From: Deltaproteobacteria bacterium
GTDB lineage: Bacteria; Bdellovibrionota_C; UBA2361; JAGFJO01
Assembly: GCA_024102635.1 (NCBI GenBank)
Contig: JAGFJO010000006.1
Location: forward strand, 45,909-109,908
Direction of reading: 5' to 3'
Length of the DNA: 64,000 nt
The notes beneath the pieces are model-generated. The model did no database searches. It was not told the DNA's origin and saw only the letters and a program-made list of their open reading frames with translations. How positions within the stretch are numbered: the first letter of the stretch is position 1; each line of letters starts with the position of its first letter. This document shows positions 51,781 through 61,126 of the stretch, in pieces. The position numbers and the translations under genes were made by a program.

Positions 51781-51798
51781 ACCACAATATATTGTGGT
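51781..51798. promoter_or_regulatory. NrdR box 1 (perfect palindrome ACCACAATATATTGTGGT)
   Basis: An 18-bp perfect inverted repeat whose core CACAATATATTGTG matches the NrdR operator consensus. It lies about 145 bp upstream of nrdA. Confidence 0.6.
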
Positions 51799-51812
51799 TT
51801 ACGAGCTTCTTA

Positions 51813-51830
51813 CCCACTATATATAGCCCA
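51813..51830. promoter_or_regulatory. NrdR box 2 (degenerate, CCCACTATATATAGCCCA)
   Basis: Centre-to-centre spacing to box 1 is 32 bp (three helical turns), as is typical of tandem NrdR boxes. Its right half is degenerate. Confidence 0.4.
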
Positions 51831-52145
51831 GGACTGCATGTGTCTAGAGCAAAAAATTTTGAGCTGAAAAAAATAACAGGCGCGCTTCGTAAATGATAGC
51901 AAATTCTCACCCCGCCCATATCAAATTATTTTTTAAAATCCCCGGAATCGGCCTCTCCAAGGCGATCTCAGAACAGACAATCTTGTAAGCTCTTGAAAAG
52001 TTTCATTGAGGGTCCGCAGCTGTCTTTTCGATCGACTATCGGCACAACGCAAAATTAAAAAGTGTAGATCACCTTCGTTCATTATTGCAGAATAACATAG
52101 TGAAGCGTTTTGATTTTTCGCGGGTTTTTTTAGGATATCTTCCCT

Positions 52146-53135
52146 ATGAATTCCAATCTACAAGCAGACTGCGACCTAAGTCACGCGATCATCAATTACT
52201 TGAATGCTCTGCTGCGGGGGAAACTTGCATTTTTAAATGCACTACGCCAGGCCGCGCATCCCGACTTCAAAACCGACGACTTGATGCGAACGGAAAAGAG
52301 TCTGGAGACGGTCAGCCGCTGGTCGGCAGATCTTGCAAAGCGCGTCCCACTTATGTCCACAAGCTGGAGTATGCCAGAAACATTCGAGGCCAAGCGGGCT
52401 CTCGACCTGTTTTCAGAGCGTAAAAAGGAGCTAAATCAGCTGGCTGAGAAGCTGGAGCGGATATTATCTCAATCGCCGGAATACCGGTTAGGGGAGGATG
52501 ACGCATTGCTTGTCTCTACCTACGTTCAGTTTGTATACGGGCAAGAAAATTTCATTAAAGGGTATATAGAGTATGGCCGGGAGTTCGGACGGCCCGACTT
52601 TGTGGAGCAGTATTCATTGCAACTACCATCGGCAGCTAACGAGATCGCACTCGCAAACTGGCTTCTCAAAGAGCTGCGTCAACGCGCCACAATAGGTCCC
52701 GAATACGATGCGAGGCTTCATAGCGCCACATATCTTTTGCCCGGATACTTGCGAATGAACGTCAACGATATAAATTCCTTTCTCGCTGTCTTTGAGCCCG
52801 AATTTACTTATGAGATGGCTGACATCTCGCGCGTCGAAGCTCAACGTTGGCAAGAGGCAGGCTTCGCTCCTAAATTAAGCGGATACTGGAATGCTTTCAG
52901 ATTTGCCCCATCTGAGGCGCTACAGTGGCTCAATGCCGGCTTTAACGACGTAGTAATCTCAGCAAGGTGGCGGACTGCAGGCGTAAGTCCAGAAGCGGCG
53001 TTACGCTGGATTGAATGTGGGATTGATCCGGAAACCTCAGCTGTGTGGCATAAAGCGGGGTATGAGCCCTCGCAGGCGGTCTTATATATTGAACGGGGAA
53101 TAACCTCTCCTGAAAAAGCTCGACAAGGCCAATAG
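52146..53135 (+). CDS. hypothetical protein with C-terminal Trp-containing ~25-aa tandem repeats
   Basis: Four C-terminal repeats share a pattern of the form P-x-x-A-x-x-W-x-x-x-G-(F/I/Y)-x-P: QRWQEAGFAPK, ALQWLNAGFND, ALRWIECGIDPE, AVLYIERGITSPE. The N-terminal ~230 aa are helical with no recognised domain. Confidence 0.45.
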   Translation: MNSNLQADCDLSHAIINYLNALLRGKLAFLNALRQAAHPDFKTDDLMRTEKSLETVSRWSADLAKRVPLMSTSWSMPETFEAKRALDLFSERKKELNQLAEKLERILSQSPEYRLGEDDALLVSTYVQFVYGQENFIKGYIEYGREFGRPDFVEQYSLQLPSAANEIALANWLLKELRQRATIGPEYDARLHSATYLLPGYLRMNVNDINSFLAVFEPEFTYEMADISRVEAQRWQEAGFAPKLSGYWNAFRFAPSEALQWLNAGFNDVVISARWRTAGVSPEAALRWIECGIDPETSAVWHKAGYEPSQAVLYIERGITSPEKARQGQ

Positions 53136-53333
53136 CCGGCAGGCAAGATTTTGGCCTAAAAGTCTCGAATAATCAATAAATTAACTCCCAAAGCCTGTAC
53201 ATGAGTAATTTATTCGATATACCTAAGTAAAATTACCGTTAGCTTCCGATTGACAGCATACTGAGATATACCGTAGGCTTATATATGTGGCGCTTCATAG
53301 CGCTCTATTTTTGCCATTTTTAATTCCAGCAGA

Positions 53334-53576
53334 ATGGATCGGACTCTCACACTAAATAAACTCGGCGCCGGCAGCAAAGCTGTAGTGTGCTCTGTATGCT
53401 GCAAAAATAAGAGTGTCGGCGGAAAACTTTTAGCAATGGGAGTTGTGGCAGGAACCATCATCGAAGTGCTGCGCATTGCACCATTGGGTGATCCTATGAA
53501 GATTAAAGCATTGGGCTATAAACTATCCCTGCGCTTATCCGAGGCAGCACAAATCGAAGTAGTGCCCTTCAGCTAG
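53334..53576 (+). CDS. feoA: ferrous iron transport protein A
   Basis: 80-aa SH3-like FeoA. It is immediately upstream of feoB. Confidence 0.8.
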   Translation: MDRTLTLNKLGAGSKAVVCSVCCKNKSVGGKLLAMGVVAGTIIEVLRIAPLGDPMKIKALGYKLSLRLSEAAQIEVVPFS

Positions 53577-53622
53577 ACTTCTTAGATTGGATCTCAACTA
53601 ATGCCTATAATTTAGAAGCCTC

Positions 53623-55713
53623 GTGGCGCTTGAGGTGTCTCACTTAAAAATCTCAGCCGAACATTCGCTGCCTAGGATCGTACTGGCAGGCAACCCTAAT
53701 TGCGGCAAAACTACTATCTTCAATGCACTTACCGGGCTTAACTATAAAGTAGCCAACTACCCTGGAGTAACGGTCGAGAAGAAAGAAGGGAAAATTTCAT
53801 TCGCTTCGGGAGAACAAGCCGTATTGGTGGATCTACCCGGTACATACACTCTTTCCGGCCACTCGATTGATGAAGCGATTGCCTCCAAAGCCCTCCTAGG
53901 TAAGCTCCGCTCCGAGCCTAGGCCAGACCTCATCATTTCCGTAATAGACGCCAGCAATCTGGAGAGAAATCTATACCTGACCACTCAGCTGCTGGATCTC
54001 AATGTCCCGGTAATCGCTGCATTGAACATGAAGGACTTGGCCGACAAAGACGGAATAGATATAAAGGGCGAGCTGCTGGCCAAAGAGCTCGGAATTCCGG
54101 TAATTGCACTCTCAGCAAATAAAGGAAAAGGAATTTCGCAGCTAAGAGAACAGGCCGGAAAGCTGCTCTCACGTCCCGGTTCCGCTCCTAAGCAATACTC
54201 CTGGCTTCCTCCGTCCTCTGAATATCGCGCCGCTTGCGAAGAACTCGGCAAACTAGAGTTGAACGGAGAGGGCGAAATCGATTCTTCCCTTGCGGTCCTG
54301 CTCGGAAGCTCCCTTTTTTCTGAGGCCTCCGCACCGTCAAATGCAGAGTCGCGCAACAGACTTAACACACTGCGCGCGCAGCTCGAGGGAAGCGGGATTG
54401 ACCCCTTCAGCTTCGAGGCCACGAGCCGTTACACCTGGATTCACGAAATAGTAAAGCGCTCGTGTGTTATTCAGAGCGAGGCCCAAAAGAGACTTTATGA
54501 CCGTATCGACGGGGTGATCACCCACAAGATTTGGGGATCGCTGATTTTCCTTTTGTTAATGGGAGCCATTTTCCAATCGATTTTTGCCTGGGCAAGCTAC
54601 CCAATGGATGCAATCGACAGCGCAACCCAATCGTTCGGCACTATGCTGGGCTCACTGTTGCCCAGCGGGCAGCTGAAGAGCTTGGTAGTGGACGGAATAG
54701 TTGCAGGCGTCGGCGCGGTGATTATATTCGTCCCGCAAATAGCAATTCTATTTTTCTTTCTTGGTCTGCTAGAGGATAGTGGATACCTATCTCGGGCGGC
54801 ATTTTTAATGGATAAAATAATGCGTAAGTTCGGCCTGCAGGGCCGTTCGTTCATCCCTCTCCTGAGCTCTTTTGCTTGCGCCATTCCGGGCATAATGTCG
54901 ACACGGTCAATCCCCTCGTTCGCAGATCGCATGACTACAATTCTTGTGGCGCCACTCATGAGCTGCAGTGCCCGGCTCCCGGTTTACACTTTGTTGATTG
55001 CAGCATTTATCCCGGCCGGAACCGTGGCGGGCTTTCTTTCTCTGCAGGGCTTGGTGCTCTTCAGTATGTACCTGCTCGGTGTACTGGGTGCGGTGGCAGT
55101 GGCTTGGCTGCTGAAGCTCAGTCTGCTGCGCGGAGAACCGGCCATCTTCGTGATGGAGATGCCGCGATTCAGAGCCCCCTCGCTTAGAAAAGTTCTGCAG
55201 GATGTATGGGATAGAGTGCTAATTTTTCTAAAGAGCGCGGGAACGGTTATCCTGGCCTGCTCGATAGTCTTATGGTTCCTAGCCAGCTACCCGAGGGGCG
55301 AAGTGAAGGAATCGTATGCGGGCCAGATAGGAACGGCTATGGAGCCGCTGATAGAACCTTTAGGTTTCAATTGGCAGATAGGTGTAGGAATCCTAAGTTC
55401 CTTCGCCGCCAGGGAGGTTTTCTTAAGTTCCCTCAGCACCGTCTACAATCTGGAGCAGCAAGATGACGAGGGCGACACTCTCTTGCATGTTCTAAAAGAG
55501 AAGCGTGCTCTTGGAGAATTCACCCTCCCAACGGCGCTTTCACTCATGGTCTTTTACGTCTTTGCATGTCAGTGCATGTCCACTCTTGCGGTATGCCGCC
55601 GCGAGACCGGCTCGTGGTGGTGGGTGGCATTTATGTTTACTTACATGACGGCAATGGCATACGCCGCGTCATTCGTTACCTATCATGCGGCGCTGCATTT
55701 TTTCGGGACGTAA
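53623..55713 (+). CDS. feoB: ferrous iron transport protein B
   Basis: N-terminal G-domain GNPNCGKTTIFNALTG and DLPG, followed by a polytopic gate/nucleoside-recognition membrane domain. 696 aa. Confidence 0.95.
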   Translation: MALEVSHLKISAEHSLPRIVLAGNPNCGKTTIFNALTGLNYKVANYPGVTVEKKEGKISFASGEQAVLVDLPGTYTLSGHSIDEAIASKALLGKLRSEPRPDLIISVIDASNLERNLYLTTQLLDLNVPVIAALNMKDLADKDGIDIKGELLAKELGIPVIALSANKGKGISQLREQAGKLLSRPGSAPKQYSWLPPSSEYRAACEELGKLELNGEGEIDSSLAVLLGSSLFSEASAPSNAESRNRLNTLRAQLEGSGIDPFSFEATSRYTWIHEIVKRSCVIQSEAQKRLYDRIDGVITHKIWGSLIFLLLMGAIFQSIFAWASYPMDAIDSATQSFGTMLGSLLPSGQLKSLVVDGIVAGVGAVIIFVPQIAILFFFLGLLEDSGYLSRAAFLMDKIMRKFGLQGRSFIPLLSSFACAIPGIMSTRSIPSFADRMTTILVAPLMSCSARLPVYTLLIAAFIPAGTVAGFLSLQGLVLFSMYLLGVLGAVAVAWLLKLSLLRGEPAIFVMEMPRFRAPSLRKVLQDVWDRVLIFLKSAGTVILACSIVLWFLASYPRGEVKESYAGQIGTAMEPLIEPLGFNWQIGVGILSSFAAREVFLSSLSTVYNLEQQDDEGDTLLHVLKEKRALGEFTLPTALSLMVFYVFACQCMSTLAVCRRETGSWWWVAFMFTYMTAMAYAASFVTYHAALHFFGT

Positions 55714-55755
55714 CGAGAGTCTCAACTTTACTACCTTATCTTGATCTTGATCCTG

Positions 55756-57534
55756 TTATTGCCCCACCCCCGGCCTGGGAGCGAAGACTACAAGAGAGAT
55801 CTCGCCCTTCAGTGTAGTTGTAAATTCTGGGTGAAGTAGAGAAACTTTTTTTTCTGGAAGCAACGCGGCAAGTGGAAAGATATTTTCATCCAAGGAAGAC
55901 ACTCCTTCTTGGGGCATAGGGATAGTACGGACGCGATATCCATTATCCCACAACTCTTCTATCTGATACCAAGTCAGTCTGCGCAGCCCAAGAACCTTAC
56001 CCTGTGCGGGGGATAGATAACGATCCGATTCTCCTTCGTAGGGTGCGACCTGATAAGCATTTGCCCGCCCAAGTATCCTCTCGTACTCCAAAACAGAAAG
56101 AGAGTTAGCTTCGTCGTTCGGGGTCAGAGCGACCATTGCGCCAATGCCTTCCAGATCCAGCTCGTCTTGCACATGTTCGGAGAGAGCGTTCCCGTGATGG
56201 CAAGAGAGGCCTAGCTTACGTCCCTTCCAGATATTTCTAATGTTATTATCGATAAGGGTTACCTTTACTCCGTGCTTCGCCAAAGCTTGAGCAAAGGCGC
56301 GTACAAAGCTCGACGCCCCGACGAACATTACTCCCTGTGGATTGGCCTGGCGCAAAGACAAGGTCCACGCGAGGATTGGAGCGATACTTCCATATAGTAG
56401 TACGGTGCCGATAATAGTAAAAAATATTACCGGCAGCACGTACTCGACACCCGGGATGCCACTTTTGCTCAGGTTAAGAGTGAGAACGGATGCCAGTGAT
56501 GCAGCAACTATTCCGCGCGGAGCAATCGATGAAAGCAAGACCTTTTCACGGATCGAGAGCTTGGAGAGGCTTGTAGAAACGAACACGCTAAAAGGCCGGA
56601 CTATCAGAATTAATGCGGCCAGAAACAGTAAGCTTTCCCAGCCCACAATTGCAAGGTGCTCGGGATCGAGGTTCGCCGAGAGCACTACAAACAAAAATGC
56701 GACCAGCAAAGGTTGCAGATTGGCAGCGAAGTCTAGGATGTTACGGCACGACACTCCACCCTTTTCAGCCACTATCATGCCCGCAAGAGTGGCGGCAAGA
56801 AGCCCGGATTCATGGTAAAAGTAGTTCGAGGCCCAAAATGAAAGCAATACCGTGCAAATAAGAAACGGCAGCTGCAGATGATCGGGAACGAGGTAACGCC
56901 GCAACGCTAATACTATAATCGCTCCGCCTGCTACCCCTAGAACAGCGCCCACCGAGAGGCTGGCGAGCATTCCGTAGAAGATGTGAAGAGGGGTAGCCGC
57001 CATCGCGGTGTCAACGAGCCCTTCGGCAATCAGGATGGCAAGAATGACCCCGATCGGATCAATTAGAATCCCTTCCCATTTAAGTATCGCCCCGAGCGGC
57101 TCTTTAAGCCGAATGGAGTGCAGCAGGGGTATGACGACTGTTGGGCCGGAGACGACCAAGATAGAACCAATTATCAGCGATCCTTGTAGAGGCACGGCGA
57201 GAAGATAGTGGCATGCGGCGGTTATCCCGATAAATGCTACCAACGCTCCGATAGTTATCAGGGCAACGACCGTCCCGCGTCTTCCGCTAAGCTCCTTAAG
57301 ATGTAGTGTAGTTCCCGCTTCAAACAGAATAAGCGCAACCGACATCGACACAATCGGAGTTAGAAGGTCGCCGAATATGGCGCTCGGCGAGACCGCTCCC
57401 ATGAGGGGTCCAAGCACTATCCCGATCAGCAGAAGAAAAACGATGGATGGAATCTGTAAGCGCCAGGCTAACAGCTGCGCTGCTGTCCCGCCCGCGAGGA
57501 TAATTACAATCTGACTGGCGTTATTTAAATTCAT
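55756..57534 (-). CDS. cation:proton antiporter (Na+/H+ exchanger family) with C-terminal TrkA-N/RCK domain
   Basis: An N-terminal membrane domain of about 12 TMs, then a Rossmann segment VMFVGASSFVRAFAQALAKHGVKVTLID and a TrkA-C-like tail. Confidence 0.8.
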   Translation of the reverse strand: MNLNNASQIVIILAGGTAAQLLAWRLQIPSIVFLLLIGIVLGPLMGAVSPSAIFGDLLTPIVSMSVALILFEAGTTLHLKELSGRRGTVVALITIGALVAFIGITAACHYLLAVPLQGSLIIGSILVVSGPTVVIPLLHSIRLKEPLGAILKWEGILIDPIGVILAILIAEGLVDTAMAATPLHIFYGMLASLSVGAVLGVAGGAIIVLALRRYLVPDHLQLPFLICTVLLSFWASNYFYHESGLLAATLAGMIVAEKGGVSCRNILDFAANLQPLLVAFLFVVLSANLDPEHLAIVGWESLLFLAALILIVRPFSVFVSTSLSKLSIREKVLLSSIAPRGIVAASLASVLTLNLSKSGIPGVEYVLPVIFFTIIGTVLLYGSIAPILAWTLSLRQANPQGVMFVGASSFVRAFAQALAKHGVKVTLIDNNIRNIWKGRKLGLSCHHGNALSEHVQDELDLEGIGAMVALTPNDEANSLSVLEYERILGRANAYQVAPYEGESDRYLSPAQGKVLGLRRLTWYQIEELWDNGYRVRTIPMPQEGVSSLDENIFPLAALLPEKKVSLLHPEFTTTLKGEISLVVFAPRPGVGQ

Positions 57535-57782
57535 CGTTTGAATTATATAGTCGTCCGCTCACAGCGAGAGGCATCCCGCCCGCATAAAGATCCTGCAATT
57601 TTTGCTTTCATAATGAAAGATACTAAGAACCTCCCTTAGGCAGCGCCAGCCATGAGAGGGTCGTGACTTTCCGGGTATTTAGAGCCTGTCCCCGCAGCAC
57701 CCATGCACAACTGTTGCAGGGATCGATGTGGAACCGCGCGGCGTTACTTTTTACTTCAGCAATGGTATGATTACCGCACCCA

Positions 57783-57938
57783 ATGCAAGATTTACTGCTA
57801 TTTTTAGCCGTGGCCTTAGCCGCCGCATACCTGCTTTATAGGGCGCGCCGCTCTCTCAGCGGAAAGGGCGGTTGCAACTCATGCAGCCGCTCTCCTGCGA
57901 ACCAGCATCTCATAAACGAAATAAAAAAGAGAAAATGA
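57783..57938 (+). CDS. small membrane protein (TM helix plus GGCxxCS), resembling FeoB-associated Cys-rich membrane protein family
   Basis: 51 aa: MQDLLLFLAVALAAAYLLYRARRSLSGKGGCNSCSRSPANQHLINEIKKRK. Its TGA stop overlaps the queF ATG (aaaATGAgt). It is below the length cutoff of the ORF track. Confidence 0.45.
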   Translation: MQDLLLFLAVALAAAYLLYRARRSLSGKGGCNSCSRSPANQHLINEIKKRK

Positions 57939-58759
57939 GTCTCGACGACCTTCAGCTCGGAAAGCATGTAGACTATCCAACTGAATATGATGCCGGGCTC
58001 CTGCGCGCGATTCCTCGAAAGCGCCCTACAAAGGGTGGAAGCGGTGCGCCCGGCGGTTTTGACCTATGGCGCTGTTACGAGCTTTCTTGGATCGCTCCCA
58101 ATAACCTTCCTGTTAGCGGCGTGGCGGAGATTACCTATGAGAGCTCCACTCCTAATATCGTGGAGTCCAAAAGCCTCAAACTGTTCTTGGGAAGCATGAA
58201 CGGGAAGACCTTTGCAGAATCCGGCGAAGTAACTCGAGAGATTAGCTGCCGCCTGGCGGAAACGGTAGAGGCAAAGGATGTAAAGGTTAGAGTTTTGTCT
58301 CCAGGTCAATGGGGCCTGCTGCTACCTGCGCCGATAGATGGAACATGCCTTGACGAAGCTGATGCGAAAGGCGGCATACTTTCGGAGGATGGTTTACCAG
58401 AGGAGGCTTTCGCTTCAGAACGGAGCGAAGAGACTCTTTACACTAACTGCTTCCGGGCGCTATGCCCGGTAACTCGCCAGCCTGACTGGGCTACCGTCGA
58501 GATCTCCTACCGCGGCCCCAAAATTCGCCGCGAAGCACTGCTGCGCTATCTCATCTCATTCCGGAGTCAGAAGTGCTTTCACGAAGATTGTTGTGAGCGC
58601 ATTTTTGAGCAGCTGCACAAAAGAAAGGATGGCACGACACGAATGGACGAGCTCAAAGTGATCTGCCACTTCATGCGGCGCGGCGGAATTGATCTTACTC
58701 CCGTACGTTTCACTGAGGGCTATAAAACAAGCGGGATTATCCGCACACTGCGACAGTAG
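57935..58759 (+). CDS. queF: NADPH-dependent 7-cyano-7-deazaguanine reductase (bimodular type II)
   Basis: LGKHVDYPTEYDAGLL N-terminus and the catalytic-Cys context CPVTRQPDWATVEISY. Start taken at MSLDDL rather than the track start at 57872. Confidence 0.85.
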   Translation: MSLDDLQLGKHVDYPTEYDAGLLRAIPRKRPTKGGSGAPGGFDLWRCYELSWIAPNNLPVSGVAEITYESSTPNIVESKSLKLFLGSMNGKTFAESGEVTREISCRLAETVEAKDVKVRVLSPGQWGLLLPAPIDGTCLDEADAKGGILSEDGLPEEAFASERSEETLYTNCFRALCPVTRQPDWATVEISYRGPKIRREALLRYLISFRSQKCFHEDCCERIFEQLHKRKDGTTRMDELKVICHFMRRGGIDLTPVRFTEGYKTSGIIRTLRQ

Positions 58760-58763
58760 AATT

Positions 58764-59423
58764 ATGAAAACCGTGGTCTGCTTCTCAGGAGGAATGGATT
58801 CTACAGTGCTTTTATACCACCTGATTGCGGGCGGACACTCCGTTAAGGCGATCTCTGTTGATTACGGCCAGCGGCACAGGAAGGAGCTTGAGTCGGCCAA
58901 ATCCATCTCGCAGAGTCTGAAGATAGACCATCGCATCCTTGATCTTGCCGGTGTGGGAACACTGCTCAAAGGAAGCGCCCTCACGGACAGGTCTGTCACC
59001 GTTCCGCGCGCGGAATACGACGAGCAAAGCCTTAAGGTGACTGTGGTCCCTAATCGCAATATGATCTTTCTCTCGATTGCGGCATCATGGGCTCTCAGCT
59101 CGGGCTGGGACAGTATTGCGATCGCCTCTCACGGCGGAGATCGCGCATTGTATCCCGATTGCCGCAGCGAGTTCCTTGACGCAATGCGGAAGGCCTTGAA
59201 CTTATCCGACTGGAATAATTTGGAGCTGCTGTCGCCATTCACAGGCCTAAGCAAAGCCGAGATCTGCAAACTGGGGAGTGAGCTTGGCGTGCCGTTCGAA
59301 AAAACCTGGAGCTGTTATGAAGGGGGGCCAGCTCACTGCGGGAGCTGCGGCACTTGCCGGGAGCGCCGAAGCGCTTTCAAGGAATGCGGATTATTGGATC
59401 CGGCCCCCTACCACAAGATGTAG
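58764..59423 (+). CDS. queC: 7-cyano-7-deazaguanine synthase
   Basis: PP-loop VVCFSGGMDSTV. C-terminal zinc site CxxC/CGSCGTC. Start at MKTVVCFSGG. Confidence 0.9.
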   Translation: MKTVVCFSGGMDSTVLLYHLIAGGHSVKAISVDYGQRHRKELESAKSISQSLKIDHRILDLAGVGTLLKGSALTDRSVTVPRAEYDEQSLKVTVVPNRNMIFLSIAASWALSSGWDSIAIASHGGDRALYPDCRSEFLDAMRKALNLSDWNNLELLSPFTGLSKAEICKLGSELGVPFEKTWSCYEGGPAHCGSCGTCRERRSAFKECGLLDPAPYHKM

Positions 59424-59472
59424 CTTCGCTGGAGTAATATAGGCATAAGTGATAGACTTTTGCGCTTAACGG

Positions 59473-60165
59473 GTGATATTCGTTGCTTTTCTTATGAGCG
59501 CAAATCGTTCGGTGCGCCTGGCGCACAACATTATAGATCGACCGAAGCTGGACCTCCCCGCTGCGGGCCAGTTTGCAATTAACGAAATCTTCTGTTCCCT
59601 GCAAGGAGAAGGTGCGCAAGCCGGGCGCGCTATGGTTTTCCTCAGATTTTCTCAGTGTAATTTGCGATGCTCCGTCAGTAACTCCGGGTTCGACTGTGAC
59701 ACCGACTTTTCTGGGAAGCGCGTCATGACTCAGTCGCAGATTTTCAGTGAGCTTTCAGCCATGAAGCTTCAAACCGATTGGCTACTGCTAACCGGCGGCG
59801 AACCGGCGCTTCAAGTGACACCTGATTTCCTTGGCGCCTTGAAAAACGCAGGATGGAAGATTGCTATCGAAACAAACGGGACTATAAGGCTGCCGGAGGG
59901 TTTCGACTGGATAACACTTTCACCAAAAAGCGCAGAACACACCATTAGGCAGCGGCACGCCGATGAAGTGAAATATGTATTAAGCGAAGGCATGTCACTT
60001 CCTCGACCGAGCATTGCCGCGAAACATTATTTTGTATCTCCCGCCTTTCAGCCGGACGGCACCCTGCGCAGAGAGGACCTGGAGTGGTGCATAAATCTCG
60101 TAAAACAGGCGCCGGACAAATGGAGACTCTCGATTCAGCTTCACAAATTGATCGGAATCCGGTAG
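59473..60165 (+). CDS. queE: 7-carboxy-7-deazaguanine synthase (radical SAM)
   Basis: INEIFCSLQGEGAQAGRAMVFLRFSQCNLRC, the QueE CxxxCxxC-variant cluster motif. Start uncertain. Confidence 0.85.
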   Translation: MIFVAFLMSANRSVRLAHNIIDRPKLDLPAAGQFAINEIFCSLQGEGAQAGRAMVFLRFSQCNLRCSVSNSGFDCDTDFSGKRVMTQSQIFSELSAMKLQTDWLLLTGGEPALQVTPDFLGALKNAGWKIAIETNGTIRLPEGFDWITLSPKSAEHTIRQRHADEVKYVLSEGMSLPRPSIAAKHYFVSPAFQPDGTLRREDLEWCINLVKQAPDKWRLSIQLHKLIGIR

Positions 60166-60860
60166 CTCACGCACCTAAGCCTTGTATCAGCAAGCCGGCG
60201 GCAATAGTCCGAAAGGCTCTGCGAGCAGCGATTCTGATTGTCGCCGTCGATATTGCGCTTACGGCGCTTTACCTTCCGTTCTCTGCCTATCTCATCTCGG
60301 CTCATAAACTAAGTGGCACCGTAGATGCAGCGCTAATATTCTTCGGCGAAAGCGGGCCTTATGAAGGTCTATCAGCGGACACCTTGCGGGTTGTCGAGCA
60401 TGCAGCGCAGCTGTATCACCAAAAGAAGGTGCGCCATGCTGCCTGCCTGGGGGGTGGAAAGCTGCCGGGCCCGGTTAGCGGGGCGCAATTAATGTGCCGA
60501 GCGTTAGCCGCTCGCAGCGTTCCAGCTGAAGCGTTAAAGGTGGATAAAGGCTCTTGGGATACCATAACTAATATGAACGAAGCGCGGCAGCTGATGAATG
60601 TCCACGGATGGACGAGCGCTGCACTCGTCAGCTCGCCCTATCACCTGCCTAGAATATTGTATCTTGCAAATAATCCGAAATGGGCTTTCAGCACTGCACC
60701 GCCCCATTCTCCACTTTCTATTAAGCTCTCCACTTTGCTAAGGAGGTGGCGCGAGGTGAATCATGAATTTGCTGCATGGGGCGCAATGGCGCTGCTGCCG
60801 CGCGGCTGGTATGAAGCAGCTATCGCTTGGTACAGGGATAGAGGGCTGAATATCATTTAG
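60084..60860 (+). CDS. DUF218 (YdcF/SanA/ElyC-like) domain protein
   Basis: N-terminal TM, then ALIFFGESGPYEGLSADTLRVVEHAAQLY ... LGGGK, typical of DUF218. The 5' end overlaps the queE 3' end. There is no in-frame ATG after the queE stop, so the start is uncertain. Confidence 0.55.
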   Translation: MVHKSRKTGAGQMETLDSASQIDRNPVAHAPKPCISKPAAIVRKALRAAILIVAVDIALTALYLPFSAYLISAHKLSGTVDAALIFFGESGPYEGLSADTLRVVEHAAQLYHQKKVRHAACLGGGKLPGPVSGAQLMCRALAARSVPAEALKVDKGSWDTITNMNEARQLMNVHGWTSAALVSSPYHLPRILYLANNPKWAFSTAPPHSPLSIKLSTLLRRWREVNHEFAAWGAMALLPRGWYEAAIAWYRDRGLNII

Positions 60861-61126
60861 GGCGCCTTATGGTTATACCCCTTAACGAACAAAATCTTCG
60901 AGGGAAGATCCCCACATTAGCTGCGGGAGGTTCTCGGCGCGTGAGATTTGTTGGAAAATTTTAACTCGATCAAAAATCGGATCGTTCAAAGTCTTTAAAA
61001 GACAGGTGAAATCTGCTTATTATCTTCAGAAAGAGTTCCCACCCCTCCTATTTGTAGCGACGGGATATTTGTGTATATTATCAGTTCATCCCGGAAGGGA
61101 CCGGGTTGTCCATTCAATGTAACAAT

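Noticed and set aside
57535-57782. Searched for a preQ1 riboswitch upstream of queF
   Set aside because: No recognisable preQ1-I/II/III consensus hairpin with an A-rich tail was found. The space is instead occupied by a plausible small coding ORF coupled to queF.
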